DNA from: an uncultured Candidatus Competibacteraceae bacterium
GTDB taxonomy: Bacteria; Bacteroidota; Bacteroidia; CAIKAF01
NCBI GenBank assembly: GCA_964545365.1
Contig: CAZJFM010000005.1
Span: forward strand, 12,462-72,089
Direction of reading: 5' to 3'
Length of the DNA stretch: 59,628 bases
Each line of letters opens with the position of its first letter. The stretch's first letter is position 1. Below, one piece after another: positions 8,921-17,949 of the stretch. The position numbers and the translations under genes are program-made. The notes beneath the pieces are model-generated. The model was given only the letters and a program-made list of their open reading frames with translations. It had not been told where the DNA came from and ran no database searches.

Positions 8921-10099
8921 ATGAATACGGCAAGCCCCATTCCTATATTAAGCCTTAAAGAAACTAAAGAAGCAAGTGTTTTGAGGCGCCACCGCTGGGT
9001 GTTTTCGGGGGCCTTAAAAAGCATTGCAGTACAACCGGCCCCGGGACAATGGGTATGGCTGGAAAATTCCAACCATAACATACTGGGTAGCGGTTTTTAC
9101 GGCAGGGGCTCTATAGCCATTCGTTTGGTGGGATTTGATAAAATATTACCGGAAGTTTCAGTTTTTGCAGACTTGTTTAAAAACGCCACGGCATATCGTC
9201 GGCAGCTTTCCAGCCTGCAAACACAAGATTGCACAGCAGTGCGCAGGTTTCATGGCGAAGGCGATGGCATACCGGGCCTAATACTGGACAGTTACCAAAA
9301 CCACTTTGTTTTGCAAGGACACCATGAAGGCATTGACCGCTATTTGGATGTAATTATAGAGGCTATACAACAAGTATATGCCCCTGACACTCTATATTAC
9401 CAGCCTGTTTGGCAGGGTCAGGAAGCCCAAAACCGATTTTTATGGGGGAACACAGAATCTTGTATTGTTCAAGAATACGGAATTCAAATGGAGGTCAATT
9501 GGTGTTCCGGCCAAAAAACCGGCACCTTTATTGACCAAAGAGAGCACCGAAAGCTTGCGGCTAGGCTAGCGCAAGGGAAACAGGTCTTAAACGCTTATGC
9601 CTACAGTGGTGGGTTTAGCTTAGCCTGTTTAAAAGGAGGTGCCGAGCATGTTACCAGCTTGGATATTAGCTCCGGTGCCATGCAGCTGCTGGAAAACAAC
9701 CTAAAGCTTAACGGAATAGAGGAACAAAAGCATACCGGTATTACTACCGACGTACCCCCTTGGCTCAGACAGCAAGAACAAGACTTTGATTTAGTGATAT
9801 TGGATCCACCCGCCTTTGCAAAAAAAAGAAACAGTCGGCACCAAGCGATTCAAGCTTACAGAAGGTTAAATGCCTTAGGGTTTAAACGGGTAAAATCCGG
9901 AGGCTTTTTAATGACCTTTTCTTGTTCAGGAGTGGTAGATGAAGGGATGTTTCGGCAAGCGGTTTTTGCAGGAGCCTTAGATGCAGGGGTGCGGGTTAGG
10001 GTTGTAGAAAAGCTTGGGCAACCCGGCGACCACCCGGTGGATCTATTCCATTCAGAAGCCTCATACTTAAAGGGCTTGTTGCTGTATGTGGAAAAATAA
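8921..10099 (+). CDS. rlmI: RlmI/RlmK-like class I SAM-dependent 23S rRNA methyltransferase
   Basis: PUA-like RRHRWVFSGA, GQKTG-F-DQR, LDPPAF and TFSCSG motifs. Confidence 0.88.
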   Translation: MNTASPIPILSLKETKEASVLRRHRWVFSGALKSIAVQPAPGQWVWLENSNHNILGSGFYGRGSIAIRLVGFDKILPEVSVFADLFKNATAYRRQLSSLQTQDCTAVRRFHGEGDGIPGLILDSYQNHFVLQGHHEGIDRYLDVIIEAIQQVYAPDTLYYQPVWQGQEAQNRFLWGNTESCIVQEYGIQMEVNWCSGQKTGTFIDQREHRKLAARLAQGKQVLNAYAYSGGFSLACLKGGAEHVTSLDISSGAMQLLENNLKLNGIEEQKHTGITTDVPPWLRQQEQDFDLVILDPPAFAKKRNSRHQAIQAYRRLNALGFKRVKSGGFLMTFSCSGVVDEGMFRQAVFAGALDAGVRVRVVEKLGQPGDHPVDLFHSEASYLKGLLLYVEK

Positions 10100-11435
10100 G
10101 CTCCAAGCGTTCGGGACCTTGTTGGCTTTGGCGGGTCCTATTTATGCCGGATTATTGGCGCAAAACATCATTGGCATTGCAGACACCGCAATGCTGGGGA
10201 GCTATGGAGCCTTAGAACAGCAGGCAGGTGGTTACGGAGCGCTCTGCATTCTGGTGGTTTATGTAGTAGGCTTTGGCTTTGCATTAGGACTTCAAATACG
10301 CATGGGCCAGGCATTTGGGGCAGCGAAGCCACAAAAGGCACTTGAGTATTTCCGACAAGGAATGCGCCTGTTGGCTTTATATGCCGCCCTTTGGTTTTGT
10401 TTTTTTGCTTTTGCCTCCTACCCCATACTGTATGCCCTAACAAACAATGCAGCCTTAGCTCGGGCCACTTCGGAGTATTTGCTATGGAGGTCACCCGGAG
10501 TATTGTGTTCGCTTCCCTCTTTGGGTTTTTATGCTTTAGCCGTTTCCTCAAACGACTCTAAGCCGGTGGGGCTTGCCTACGTATTGGGTGCCCTTTTAAA
10601 TGTTTCCTTAGATTATTTTTTAATTTTTGGGGTTGGCGTGTTTTCTGAACTGGGCATCCGTGGTGCAGGTTTAGCTTCGGCTATTGCAGATTTCGGGGTT
10701 TTGGCTTTATACGTATTGTATTTTGTTCAAATCAACAAAAAGCACAAGGGATTATTTAAAGGGCGCTATGGCGGCAACCTGACACCACTATTTACCACGG
10801 CGGCTCCTTTGGTTTTGCAGAACGCCTTGTCCATGGCTTCGTGGTTTGCTTTTTTCACGCTTATTGAGCGTACCGGAGCTTTGAATTTTCAACTGTCCAT
10901 CATTTTACGAAGTATCTATGGCGTATTTATGATCGGGGGTATTGCCTTAGGGGCAGCTTGCAACAGTTTGGTAAGTCAGGCCGTTGGGGCAGGCAATTGG
11001 TCCAAAATACCCGGTATCTTGAAGAAAGGAAGCCTCTTAGCGCTCTTTCTTTCGGTGGGCACAGGTTGGCTCATGCCGGTTTTTTCAACCGCTATTACCG
11101 GGCTGTTTACCCCCTCCAATGCTTTGATTCGGATGTCTACACCGAGTTTATGGGTCATTTATTTAGGACTTATTGGCTTTTCTATTGGTCAAATTTGGTT
11201 CAATGGCCTTTCCGGTACTGGAAAAACCATACGAGCTTTGTGGGCCGAGGGCATCTGCTTGGTACTGTACGTAGGTTACACGGCTCTGCTGGTGGTCTTT
11301 AGTGACTCCCCTAAAAGTGAAGTAATTTGGATAGCTGAATGGATTTATGGATTTGGGCTCTTGCTTTGTTCCTTTGTGTTTTTGCACTATTTGCTCAAAA
11401 GACGAAACCCTGAGCCATTGAATTCGTTATCTTAA
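10086..11435 (+). CDS. MATE family efflux transporter
   Basis: About 12 TM helices; N-IIG-ADT-MLG--G and LNV-LDY-LIFG---ELGI-GAGLAS motifs. Confidence 0.88.
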   Translation: MWKNKLQAFGTLLALAGPIYAGLLAQNIIGIADTAMLGSYGALEQQAGGYGALCILVVYVVGFGFALGLQIRMGQAFGAAKPQKALEYFRQGMRLLALYAALWFCFFAFASYPILYALTNNAALARATSEYLLWRSPGVLCSLPSLGFYALAVSSNDSKPVGLAYVLGALLNVSLDYFLIFGVGVFSELGIRGAGLASAIADFGVLALYVLYFVQINKKHKGLFKGRYGGNLTPLFTTAAPLVLQNALSMASWFAFFTLIERTGALNFQLSIILRSIYGVFMIGGIALGAACNSLVSQAVGAGNWSKIPGILKKGSLLALFLSVGTGWLMPVFSTAITGLFTPSNALIRMSTPSLWVIYLGLIGFSIGQIWFNGLSGTGKTIRALWAEGICLVLYVGYTALLVVFSDSPKSEVIWIAEWIYGFGLLLCSFVFLHYLLKRRNPEPLNSLS

Positions 11436-11439
11436 GTAT

Positions 11440-12636
11440 ATGGGAAAATTCCTTTTTTGGCTGTGTTTGTTGTTGGTGTTTGGTTCCGCCCGGCAATTAT
11501 CCGCCCAAGATGCGCTATACACCATTCGAGGTGAAATTATTCCTTGTTATGTAACAGAAGTTAGCGCCACAGACATCATTTATGAACCGACCGAGGGGAA
11601 TTCGGTGGGTAGCAAGGTAATTATTCCTATTGGAGAGGTCAAGCGCATTGTGTTTGAAAATGGTTTAGAGCAATCTTTTGAAAATACGGCTCCGGTAGAA
11701 GGCCCCTACCCCAACGGCAAACAGAGCAAAGACCAACCGGACAAAGTGGTGCTAACCAATGGAGAAGTACTTATTGGGGAGGTGGTAGAAAAAAAACGAT
11801 TTGGCATTACCTTCATTCCTAAATCTTTGGATGGAGCACCTGCCGAGTATATTCCCAACAGCAAAATTGCCCGAATTGAATGGGGCGAAGGGCAAGTGGA
11901 ATACATAAACCCGGGAAAAGAAGAAAGCAATCCAAAGAACTTTGACTATTTGAACCCGCATTTTGTTTCGGTAGCCACAGGAGTAGCCTTGCCCATAGCT
12001 TCTTTTGGAGAAACTCAGTTTTCAGGACTTCCACCGGGTTTTGCCACGGCCGGCTGGCAAATAATGGGAGAAGCCACCTATTATTTGTATCGTGGCATGG
12101 GTTTTTCGGCCATGGGTGGGTATATTTTAAACCCCAGCAACAATCAACCCTATAGGGATCAAATTAGCAACTCCTTTTTTAGCCCTAGTGACTCTACCGC
12201 TTCGGTGAGCTCTCTTTCCGAAGGCGTTTGGCAGCATAGTTTTGTAGCAGGGGCTTTGGGGTATTATTATGAGTCGGAACGCTTTATGTTGGACTCCAGG
12301 TGGATTGTAGGTGCCCTGTTTTCCAGTTACCCGGTTATAGAAGCCGAAGGTACTGCATCGGGAGAATCATTTAACTTAAAGGTAGAACGAGAGTCCAGTC
12401 CTTCGGTTATGTTTGGGGCTGCAGTAACCGGCCGGTATTTTTTGACCCGCAAATGGCAGTTGCGCTTTGGGTTTCAGTTTTTGACCAGTACGAGGACCTT
12501 TAATCAAACGGTAGCCTACAAGACCTTTTCAGACGGAACAGTGCAAGAGAGTGTTCCAACAGGTTCGGGAGTTTCTAGAGAATCCTTTGGAGTGATAAGC
12601 CTGGAAGTTGGAGCCGCCTATACCTTGGGGAAATAA
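11440..12636 (+). CDS. Secreted protein: two tandem beta-rich N-terminal repeats plus probable C-terminal outer-membrane barrel
   Basis: Signal peptide; repeat pattern D---T-GE-----V-E; amphipathic beta strands; ends AYTLGK. Confidence 0.75.
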   Translation: MGKFLFWLCLLLVFGSARQLSAQDALYTIRGEIIPCYVTEVSATDIIYEPTEGNSVGSKVIIPIGEVKRIVFENGLEQSFENTAPVEGPYPNGKQSKDQPDKVVLTNGEVLIGEVVEKKRFGITFIPKSLDGAPAEYIPNSKIARIEWGEGQVEYINPGKEESNPKNFDYLNPHFVSVATGVALPIASFGETQFSGLPPGFATAGWQIMGEATYYLYRGMGFSAMGGYILNPSNNQPYRDQISNSFFSPSDSTASVSSLSEGVWQHSFVAGALGYYYESERFMLDSRWIVGALFSSYPVIEAEGTASGESFNLKVERESSPSVMFGAAVTGRYFLTRKWQLRFGFQFLTSTRTFNQTVAYKTFSDGTVQESVPTGSGVSRESFGVISLEVGAAYTLGK

Positions 12637-12655
12637 ATCCATAGAGTTAGCACCG

Positions 12656-12779
12656 GGCCTTGGGGCTGAGCCGAAAAGCCCGGAGCAGCAAAGCTTAGGG
12701 ACATAGGCACTGAGGATGCGGCGCGCAGCAAGCACCCGGAAGGCTTATGGCCCTTAGCTTTGGGGCGAGGACTTGGAGG
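12656..12779 (-). repeat. Palindromic interspersed element, copy 3 (loop type GCTTGCTGCGC)
   Basis: Reverse complement matches 20027-20150 at 105/124 positions (hand count) with a 34-nt identical core. Confidence 0.92.
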
Positions 12780-12875
12780 GGAGGCCCTTGTGCTAGACAA
12801 AACAAAGTTTCTTTAGTTTCAATACCGATGGTGTAGCCAAAGAACCTCCATTGGTGTAGGGACCAAAGCGAAATC

Positions 12876-13355
12876 TCAGGCCCCCAAAGCCAAAGTAAAA
12901 AACGGAGAGGGGAGTTTTTCTGAGGGTAGGTGGAGCCGCATTTGCAAGCCGTATTCGTGGCTTTTGCTCAAGCAATTGGGCAAGGGACGGTGCAACTTTT
13001 CGGGGCCCAACCAAAGGTTCAGTCCAGCTGCCTGTACTGTAGCAATAGCAGCGAAAGGAGTACTCCACACCTGGGCGAGCAAGGCTGTTTCGGTTGCTTT
13101 GTGCAGCAAGTGAACGCTTGGCCCATTGGCTTTTTGCAAAACAAACTGTGCCGGGTGGAAGGTTGCCGTTTGAAGGGTTTCGGGCAAGGCTTTCCAAGCG
13201 GCTTCTTTTGCTACAAATACCAAAGCGGCGTTTAGGCGGCCGGTAGTAGCTGCTGGTTTTTCGGGAAGCACGCGGGCAAGCTGTGCTGTATTGGGCAGGA
13301 ACCAAGACAGGTAGGGACCTGCGGCGGGTAAAAAATCAATGGCCGGACGAAGCAC
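12876..13355 (-). CDS. Divergent AcpS-type 4'-phosphopantetheinyl transferase
   Basis: FVAKEAAWKA matches the F/W-x-x-KEA-x-x-KA motif. Follows the ACP gene; probable GTG start at 13355. Confidence 0.55.
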   Translation of the reverse strand: MLRPAIDFLPAAGPYLSWFLPNTAQLARVLPEKPAATTGRLNAALVFVAKEAAWKALPETLQTATFHPAQFVLQKANGPSVHLLHKATETALLAQVWSTPFAAIATVQAAGLNLWLGPEKLHRPLPNCLSKSHEYGLQMRLHLPSEKLPSPFFTLALGA

Positions 13356-13599
13356 CGGCTTGGGACAAAATGAGGTCGATGGCTTGCCCAACGGTTTGCA
13401 GGGCCTCCGCCGCTTCGTCGCTGATTTCTATATCAAACGCTTCTTCCACATCCAAAACCACGTCAATCATGTGGGCGGAGTTGATTTTAAGGTCTTTGAG
13501 AAAATCGGAACCTTCGTCCAATTGAGTAAGCAATTCGGCTTCGGGTACGTAAGGCCTTACAATTTCGACCAGTTTTTCTGCTACGGCACTTCTTTCCAT
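13336..13599 (-). CDS. Acyl carrier protein
   Basis: Acidic; DLKINSAHMIDVVLDVEEAFDIEI with the putative phosphopantetheinyl Ser; TVGQAID. Confidence 0.93.
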   Translation of the reverse strand: MERSAVAEKLVEIVRPYVPEAELLTQLDEGSDFLKDLKINSAHMIDVVLDVEEAFDIEISDEAAEALQTVGQAIDLILSQAGASSGH

Positions 13600-13619
13600 A
13601 GCACAAAAATAGGGAAAGA

Positions 13620-14906
13620 TTAGCGCTTCTCTTCCCATTTGCGCAAAAGCAGTACCGCATTTACGTCGCCGAAGCCAAAGCCGGATTTTGCAATAATCTT
13701 AAGATTTGGAACCTTAACAGCGGTTTTGGGTACGGCCTTTTCGGGAAGGATATCGGCAATATCGGGGTGCAGTGGCATGGCATTAAGGCTTGGATGGATA
13801 TAGCCTCCACGAAGTTGTAAGAGGCAGGCCACGGCCTCGATGGATCCGGCAGCGCCCAAGCAATGGCCAATCATGCTTTTGGTGCTGTTGATATAGGGGA
13901 AGCTTCCCTGAGCTATGTTGAGTGCTTTTTGCCAGTTCTTAACTTCTTTGGGGTCGCCCATGGTTGCGGTAAGGTGTCCGTTGATGGCGTCTACCTTGTC
14001 TCCGGTAATTTGGGCATCTTGGAGTGCCATTTGCATGGCCCTTACGACGGCTTCGGAGTTTGAGGCCGTCATGGTTCCACCTTGGAGTTGGCCACCGGAG
14101 TTGATGGCTCCTCCCAAATATTCTCCCAAGATGGTAGCGCCTCTGGATTGGGCATGTTCGAGGGATTCAAGCACCAGGGCGCCTGCGCCCGCTCCGGGCA
14201 CAAAGCCTGCTGCCCTGGAAGAAAGGGGTGCGGAAGCTTCTTCGGGATGACCATTTGCCTGACGGACCAAAACGCGCATGCTGTCAAAGCCTCCCCAAAC
14301 ATAGGGGCCTTCGGAGTCGCAACTGCCGGCCAGCATGACCTTTGCTTTGCCTTGGCGGATGCGTTCGGCAGCCAAAATGATGGATTCTGTGCCGGTAGCG
14401 CAGGCCGAAGAGTTGGTGGAGCATTGGTTTCCCAGGCCAAACATACCGCAAAGCCAAGCCGAAATACCGGAGGCCATGGTTTGTTCTACGACCCGTGAGC
14501 CAAGTTTGCGGACTTTCCCCTCATCGACTTTATAAATGGCTTCTCGAAGGGGTTCAACTCCGGAAAGACCGGTTCCAAACTGTGTTCCGGCATCGGCCCA
14601 GGGCGCTTGCCCAACTTCGGGGAAAGGCAAGCCGGCCATTCTCCAGGCTTCTCTGGCAGCCAAAAGACCATATACCAGGCCTGAGCTGGTTAAGAATCTA
14701 CGGGTTAGGGGATCAAATTCCGCTTGGAGTAAATCCTCTTGAATAGGCGGAACTGCGCTTATTTGGCAAGCAAAGCCCAAGTCAACCAGTCGCGAATCCG
14801 GACGTACGCCGGACCTACCTGCACGGAGGGCTTGGTCAAAATCAGAGCAACCAATGGCGTTGGGAGCAACTACGCCCATGCCGGTAACGACAATTCTTTG
14901 ACTCAT
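13620..14906 (-). CDS. fabF: Beta-ketoacyl-ACP synthase II (cluster-specific)
   Basis: VVTGMG, ACATG (Cys), NGHLTAT and GHCLGAAG (two His) and SGFGFG motifs. Confidence 0.93.
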   Translation of the reverse strand: MSQRIVVTGMGVVAPNAIGCSDFDQALRAGRSGVRPDSRLVDLGFACQISAVPPIQEDLLQAEFDPLTRRFLTSSGLVYGLLAAREAWRMAGLPFPEVGQAPWADAGTQFGTGLSGVEPLREAIYKVDEGKVRKLGSRVVEQTMASGISAWLCGMFGLGNQCSTNSSACATGTESIILAAERIRQGKAKVMLAGSCDSEGPYVWGGFDSMRVLVRQANGHPEEASAPLSSRAAGFVPGAGAGALVLESLEHAQSRGATILGEYLGGAINSGGQLQGGTMTASNSEAVVRAMQMALQDAQITGDKVDAINGHLTATMGDPKEVKNWQKALNIAQGSFPYINSTKSMIGHCLGAAGSIEAVACLLQLRGGYIHPSLNAMPLHPDIADILPEKAVPKTAVKVPNLKIIAKSGFGFGDVNAVLLLRKWEEKR

Positions 14907-15388
14907 GGGTTAGAGAACATGCCGGAGAGGGTGCCGGCGCATATTTTTTTTCCGTCTTGATTAAACATGGCCACCTTGCATTGCAGTTTACGCAAGCGAA
15001 AATATTCTTTTTGAGACTCGACCCAGACTTGATCACCGGGTCGCACCATTTTATGGAATTGAACGTTGGAGGAGGTAAAGAATATGCGTGCTGATTTTAG
15101 GACCAAGGGGTCGGCGCCACACAAATAAACCCCTAAAGAAACCAGTCCGATTTGGGCCATGGTTTCGGTAAGAATTACCCCCGGTGTAACCGGAAAATCA
15201 GGAAAATGTCCTTGGTAAAAACTTTCGTTGGATTTGTAGGTGTAGGTACCCACCACATGGTTTTCATCGATAGACAAGATGCGATCGATAAAACGAAAAG
15301 GGCTTTGTTGCGGAATGCAAGCTAGAATATTTCCGGCCAGCGTTTCGTCGGGAGATTTATATAGTTCTTCAGATAAGCGTTTCACCAC
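14903..15388 (-). CDS. fabZ: 3-hydroxyacyl-ACP dehydratase (FabZ/FabA hotdog fold)
   Basis: PQQSPFRFID and GHFP--PVTPGVILTETMAQ motifs. Confidence 0.92.
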   Translation of the reverse strand: MVKRLSEELYKSPDETLAGNILACIPQQSPFRFIDRILSIDENHVVGTYTYKSNESFYQGHFPDFPVTPGVILTETMAQIGLVSLGVYLCGADPLVLKSARIFFTSSNVQFHKMVRPGDQVWVESQKEYFRLRKLQCKVAMFNQDGKKICAGTLSGMFSNP

Positions 15389-16151
15389 CGTCCACTGGGA
15401 TTATCGCACCATTGATCCAATTGGCCTCTTGGCGGGAAAGCAAATATACAACATTCGCTACATCCTCCGGTGTGGTGAGTCGTTGTACTGGATGCAATTT
15501 ACGTACTTCTTCTATTTTTTGATCGATGCCCGGCAACACCTTAAGGGCCGGAGTAGGTGTGATACCTGCCTGAATAAGGTTAGTTCTAAGCCCATATTTA
15601 AAAAATTCAGCGGCCATGTACCTGCCTAAGCTTTCTAGGGAAGCTTTGGCCATGCCAATAGCTGCATAGCCGGGCAGACTTCGACTGCTTCCCATGCTTG
15701 TAAAGGCCAAATTAGCCGCTTGAGGGGCGAAGAACCCCAGTTGAAGGGCCTCACGGCTCCATTCCAGCCAGTTTAGAGCCATGGCCTCCCAGGTTAGGCT
15801 TAGGTCCTTGGCCGAAAGCTCTTTCCCTTGACCTTCGGCCCATAGTATACCCGGAGTGCCTCGCGAAATCGAATGCAGCAACAGACCAAGCTTTCCTTTG
15901 GCTTCCTGCATAGCTTCCCAAATCTCCGGACGGGTTTCTGCACTAAGGGCATTGGTATTTATGGGCACCAATTGCGCACCAAAAGTTTCCTTCCATTCGT
16001 CTACAAGTGCTCTATGGGGCGCGCGCCTTTCTCGGTACACCGCCCAAACCTTCCAACCCTTAGAGGCCAGCTTTTCGGCCGAGGCCCTTCCCAAACCGGA
16101 AGAAGCCCCAAGTATCAGGGCGTGCTTTTCTTGTGGGGCATTTATGTCCAT
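15369..16151 (-). CDS. Enoyl-ACP reductase-like SDR (FabL/FabI type)
   Basis: GASSGLG; Y-x6-K catalytic spacing (YAAIGMAK); PVDGG. Start ATG 16151 overlaps the PKS stop. Confidence 0.85.
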   Translation of the reverse strand: MDINAPQEKHALILGASSGLGRASAEKLASKGWKVWAVYRERRAPHRALVDEWKETFGAQLVPINTNALSAETRPEIWEAMQEAKGKLGLLLHSISRGTPGILWAEGQGKELSAKDLSLTWEAMALNWLEWSREALQLGFFAPQAANLAFTSMGSSRSLPGYAAIGMAKASLESLGRYMAAEFFKYGLRTNLIQAGITPTPALKVLPGIDQKIEEVRKLHPVQRLTTPEDVANVVYLLSRQEANWINGAIIPVDGGETLI

Positions 16152-17209
16152 CTCAACAAAATATTTTGAGCAGAGAAACCCGGACCAAAGCTCAGCATGA
16201 GTCCTGTATCTCCGGCAGCAGGTTGGCTTTGCTGACAAGCATGCAAAACAAAAAGAACCGTAGCCGAAGACATGTTGCCGTAGGTTTTTAGAACCTCACG
16301 GGTAAAGCGCATGTCCTTGCCAAAAGGTTCAATGAGCGCCTCTACCATTTGAATGATTTTTTTCCCTCCCGGATGAAACACAAAGTGGTCTATTTCTTCT
16401 ATGCTGAGTCCATGTTTGGCCAAAAAAGGAGGCAAGATATTGGGAAAGTGCTTTTCTATGGTTGTGGGGACCTCCGGGTCTAACACAATATGCAGGCCCG
16501 ACTCTTTTAAGTCGAAACCCATCATACGGGTTTCGTTAAAAAAGTGGTACATGGCGGAATCTACCAAAGTCGGCACCCCCGGTCTTTGGTCGTCGGGGTG
16601 CGTAGAAACTAAGGCACTTGCCAAGCCATCGCCAAAAATAGCTGCCGACACAATATTGGTAAAGCTGTAGTCGTCGTACTGAAAGGTAGACGTTGGGGAC
16701 TCAAAGGCTAAAACCACGGCACGTTTACCGGGTTGGTTGGCCAACAGCTCTCTGGCATACATCAAACCTGAAGTCCCGCCTGCACAGCCCATTTCTGTTA
16801 TGGGCATTCGAATTACATCGCCTTTAAAACCTAAGGCATTGACCAAGTAGGCATCCAAGGATGGGATCATAAGCCCGGTGCAGGAGGTGGTAATGAAGTA
16901 ATCTACCTGATTGGCTTTGAGCTGCGCATTCTTAAAGAGTGTTTCTAAATTGGCTTCGGCTAATGGAATCATCTTTTCCATAAACCGGTCGTTTCTTTTG
17001 GCGAAACTTTCTCTTTGAAACACTTCGTGGGCAGGCATAATAGAATAGCGGGCATCTACCCCTGCATTTCTAAATATACGGCGTGCCTTTTGGAGGTCTC
17101 GCTCACTCCGCCCTTGCATCCACGACTCCACATACTCCATAATCACAGGCAATGGCTCTGAATAAGGAGGCAGAGTTATAGAGGTAGCAAGTATGTGTGG
17201 ATACATCAT
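16142..17209 (-). CDS. Type III polyketide synthase
   Basis: Cys-His-Asn triad: MGCAGG, FHPGG and YGNMSSA; also FGDG and FGPG. ATG at 17209 overlaps the methyltransferase stop. Confidence 0.95.
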   Translation of the reverse strand: MMYPHILATSITLPPYSEPLPVIMEYVESWMQGRSERDLQKARRIFRNAGVDARYSIMPAHEVFQRESFAKRNDRFMEKMIPLAEANLETLFKNAQLKANQVDYFITTSCTGLMIPSLDAYLVNALGFKGDVIRMPITEMGCAGGTSGLMYARELLANQPGKRAVVLAFESPTSTFQYDDYSFTNIVSAAIFGDGLASALVSTHPDDQRPGVPTLVDSAMYHFFNETRMMGFDLKESGLHIVLDPEVPTTIEKHFPNILPPFLAKHGLSIEEIDHFVFHPGGKKIIQMVEALIEPFGKDMRFTREVLKTYGNMSSATVLFVLHACQQSQPAAGDTGLMLSFGPGFSAQNILLRWT

Positions 17210-17949
17210 AGGTGTTGGGTAGTTGCTGAAAAAATCATTCGGCCGGGCAGGGCTTTCTTTTTTAATTCCCAAGAGTTCCAACCGGAATTTTCGGCCATGA
17301 AAATCCAGTCATTTCTTTTAAAAGAACGCAAAATGGACAGTGCCCCATCGTGCCGGGAAACCTCAGATAGGCCCAGCACAAAGCTAAGCAATCGGAAGCC
17401 ATAGAAGCTTAGGGGACGTCGCTCCAAATCGTCCCAAATCATCCCAAGGCGCAAATGACTTCGTGCACATGTCCAAAGCTCAAGGATTTCGGAGTTCCTC
17501 AAATGGTGCAAAAACAGGCTTCCCACCAAAACATCAAAGGGACCTTGGGCGGCGAGTACCCGTTCTGCTTTATCTTGCACCACCCGGGCTTGATTGCTTA
17601 GTCCGGCTTTAGCCAGCTTTTCTTTTGCCAAAGCACAGGCCAAAGGATCTACATCCACGGCCGTCCACTCCCATGACAAATGATGTTTTTGCGCCTTTTT
17701 CAAAATGGCAACCATAGATGCCCCTGAGCCACTTCCGCATTCTAAAATACGCAATGGTTTATGGGCATGCTCCTTGGAAACACGAACTAGGGTTTGAAAA
17801 AGGGTTTCATAAACGCCCATAAAGCGATTGATACGATCTATTTCTTGGTAATTGAGTCGCTTTTGGCTTTCGGAAAGTCCGAGGTCCATCCATTCGGGGC
17901 CCGGGTGCCTGCTTCCAAAATCAGGTGAATGGGGCAAGAGGCTTTCCAT
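17206..17949 (-). CDS. SAM-dependent methyltransferase
   Basis: ILECGSGSG motif I, FLHH, WDDL-R and HDG--SI-RSF motifs. Confidence 0.88.
   Translation of the reverse strand: MESLLPHSPDFGSRHPGPEWMDLGLSESQKRLNYQEIDRINRFMGVYETLFQTLVRVSKEHAHKPLRILECGSGSGASMVAILKKAQKHHLSWEWTAVDVDPLACALAKEKLAKAGLSNQARVVQDKAERVLAAQGPFDVLVGSLFLHHLRNSEILELWTCARSHLRLGMIWDDLERRPLSFYGFRLLSFVLGLSEVSRHDGALSILRSFKRNDWIFMAENSGWNSWELKKKALPGRMIFSATTQHL

Noticed and set aside
8794-9081. N-terminal extension of the YceI ORF
   Set aside because: It overlaps rlmI; the lipoprotein signal and promoter box place the start at 8793/8787.
12618-12800. Small ORFs with similar translations (12618-12800 with 19976-20164; 29232-29426 with 40422-40658; 53599-53781)
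   Set aside because: The shared peptide strings (SGCLLRAASSVP, GVPQSYTR) come from the DNA element. Starts, stops and lengths are not conserved, and the substitutions preserve base pairing rather than codons.
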